A DNA stretch of 63,677 nucleotides, filler included, from Stramenopiles sp. TOSAG23-3 (Eukaryota), in the NCBI GenBank assembly GCA_900128585.1. It is 5 parts of 5 records of this genome, joined end to end, with 100 filler letters (N's around TTAATTAATTAA, not from the genome) between each part and the next. Parts side by side here need not be neighbours in the genome. Positions count along the whole stretch, not along the records: positions 51,041 to 63,677 come from LT642673.1; 4 more parts are not named here. One strand, given 5' to 3'. The position numbers and the translations under genes are program-made. Numbering within the stretch: position 1 is the stretch's first letter; each line of letters begins with the position of its first letter. The notes beneath the pieces are model-generated. The model saw only the letters and a list, made by a program, of their open reading frames with translations. It was not told the DNA's origin and searched no databases. This document shows positions 62,960 to 63,677 of the stretch, one piece after another.

Positions 62960-63179
62960 AAAAACACAAAATTGGCTGTTATTTTTAAAAGTGAATATAT
63001 ATTGTAAAATTTGAAAACCAGAAAAGATTACATGTGCCGAGTGTGATAAATAACAGCGCTAATATTTTTGTTTTTAATGTGTGAAATTAAACTTATCATA
63101 TGATATTTTTTTTTGATATTTGATAGTGGTTTCCAATCAAATTGAAGCATTTACTCAGGAGCCAATTTTCTTGTTTTTA
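62960..63179. repeat. Dispersed repeat, module A copies in opposite orientations
   Basis: AAAAACACAAAATTGGCTGTTATTTT at 62960-62985 (+) and AGCCAATTTTCTTGTTTTTA at 63160-63179 (-). Confidence 0.78.
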
Positions 63180-63525
63180 CCTCAGAGTCCAGAGCAAAAT
63201 GAAAGCATTTGTTATTAACTTAATAGGGTTGGAACAGATATCGTAAATTGATAAATAAAAATGAGAGTCTTAAAAGCATTTGTCTTACTAGGACATAATT
63301 TTTTTTAAAACTTTGATAATGTTAAAGAATCTAAGATCGTAATTGTCAATTTATAATCTTCCCCGATGGCGAATAATACTATGGCCAAACTTGCACTGGC
63401 GATAAAGGCCCGAGGTTCCACTGCAAGCCCGACTACACTCATCATCGTATGTAAGCTGGTTATATTTGACCCTTCCAGATTTTCCATCAATAAAGCACCT
63501 CTGTTTGGAAGGTATTAAAAATATT

Positions 63526-63607
63526 CCTTCCTTTCTTCCTTTCTTCCTTTCTTCCTTTCTTCTTCTTTCTTCTTCTTCTTCTTTCTTTCTTTCTTTTCTT
63601 CTTCTCC
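63526..63607. repeat. Polypyrimidine (TTC)n tract
   Basis: About 80 nt of C/T. Confidence 0.9.
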
Positions 63608-63677
63608 AAAACATTGAAGAACGTTAGTTCTGAAATGGTTTTGTAGAACTACGAGGTAGTTAGATGAGGAATAGTTA

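Noticed and set aside
63305-63614. Small minus-strand ORFs or a C/D snoRNA near the window end
   Set aside because: No recognisable domain, non-ATG or low-complexity starts, and no box D partner found for the ATGATGA; left uncalled.
1-63677. tRNA, rRNA or intact transposase/integrase genes
   Set aside because: None recognised by eye; a covariance-model scan would be needed to exclude small RNAs.

Overview
Eukaryotic genomic sequence made of five unrelated contigs joined by four identical artificial 100-nt spacers (44 N + TTAATTAATTAA + 44 N). The host is probably a flagellated heterotrophic protist (CFAP251 and a polycystin-type channel are present); a stramenopile-like MAG/SAG is my inference only. 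It carries about 25 apparently intronless, relatively GC-rich genes separated by very AT-rich spacers with long (TTC)n/(GAA)n tracts. Readily recognised genes: purple acid phosphatase, GH5 endoglycoceramidase, ZDHHC23-like palmitoyltransferase, CPSF30-like protein, polycystin-like channel, CFAP251, cullin-3, BRCA1/BARD1-like RING-BRCT protein, lipocalin, multi-Myb protein and TPLATE. Most notable observations: (1) a ~1000-aa protein fusing three RlaP/YcgL-type (PF10127-like) Pol-beta nucleotidyltransferase domains, one of them apparently inactive; (2) a short degraded fragment resembling a mirusvirus-type major capsid protein; (3) a dispersed two-module non-coding repeat found just downstream of stop codons on four contigs; (4) a CPSF30-YTH-DCD fusion whose m6A cage looks degenerate; (5) a candidate gustatory-receptor-like 7TM ion channel. 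All family calls come from motif recognition by eye; no database searches were run.
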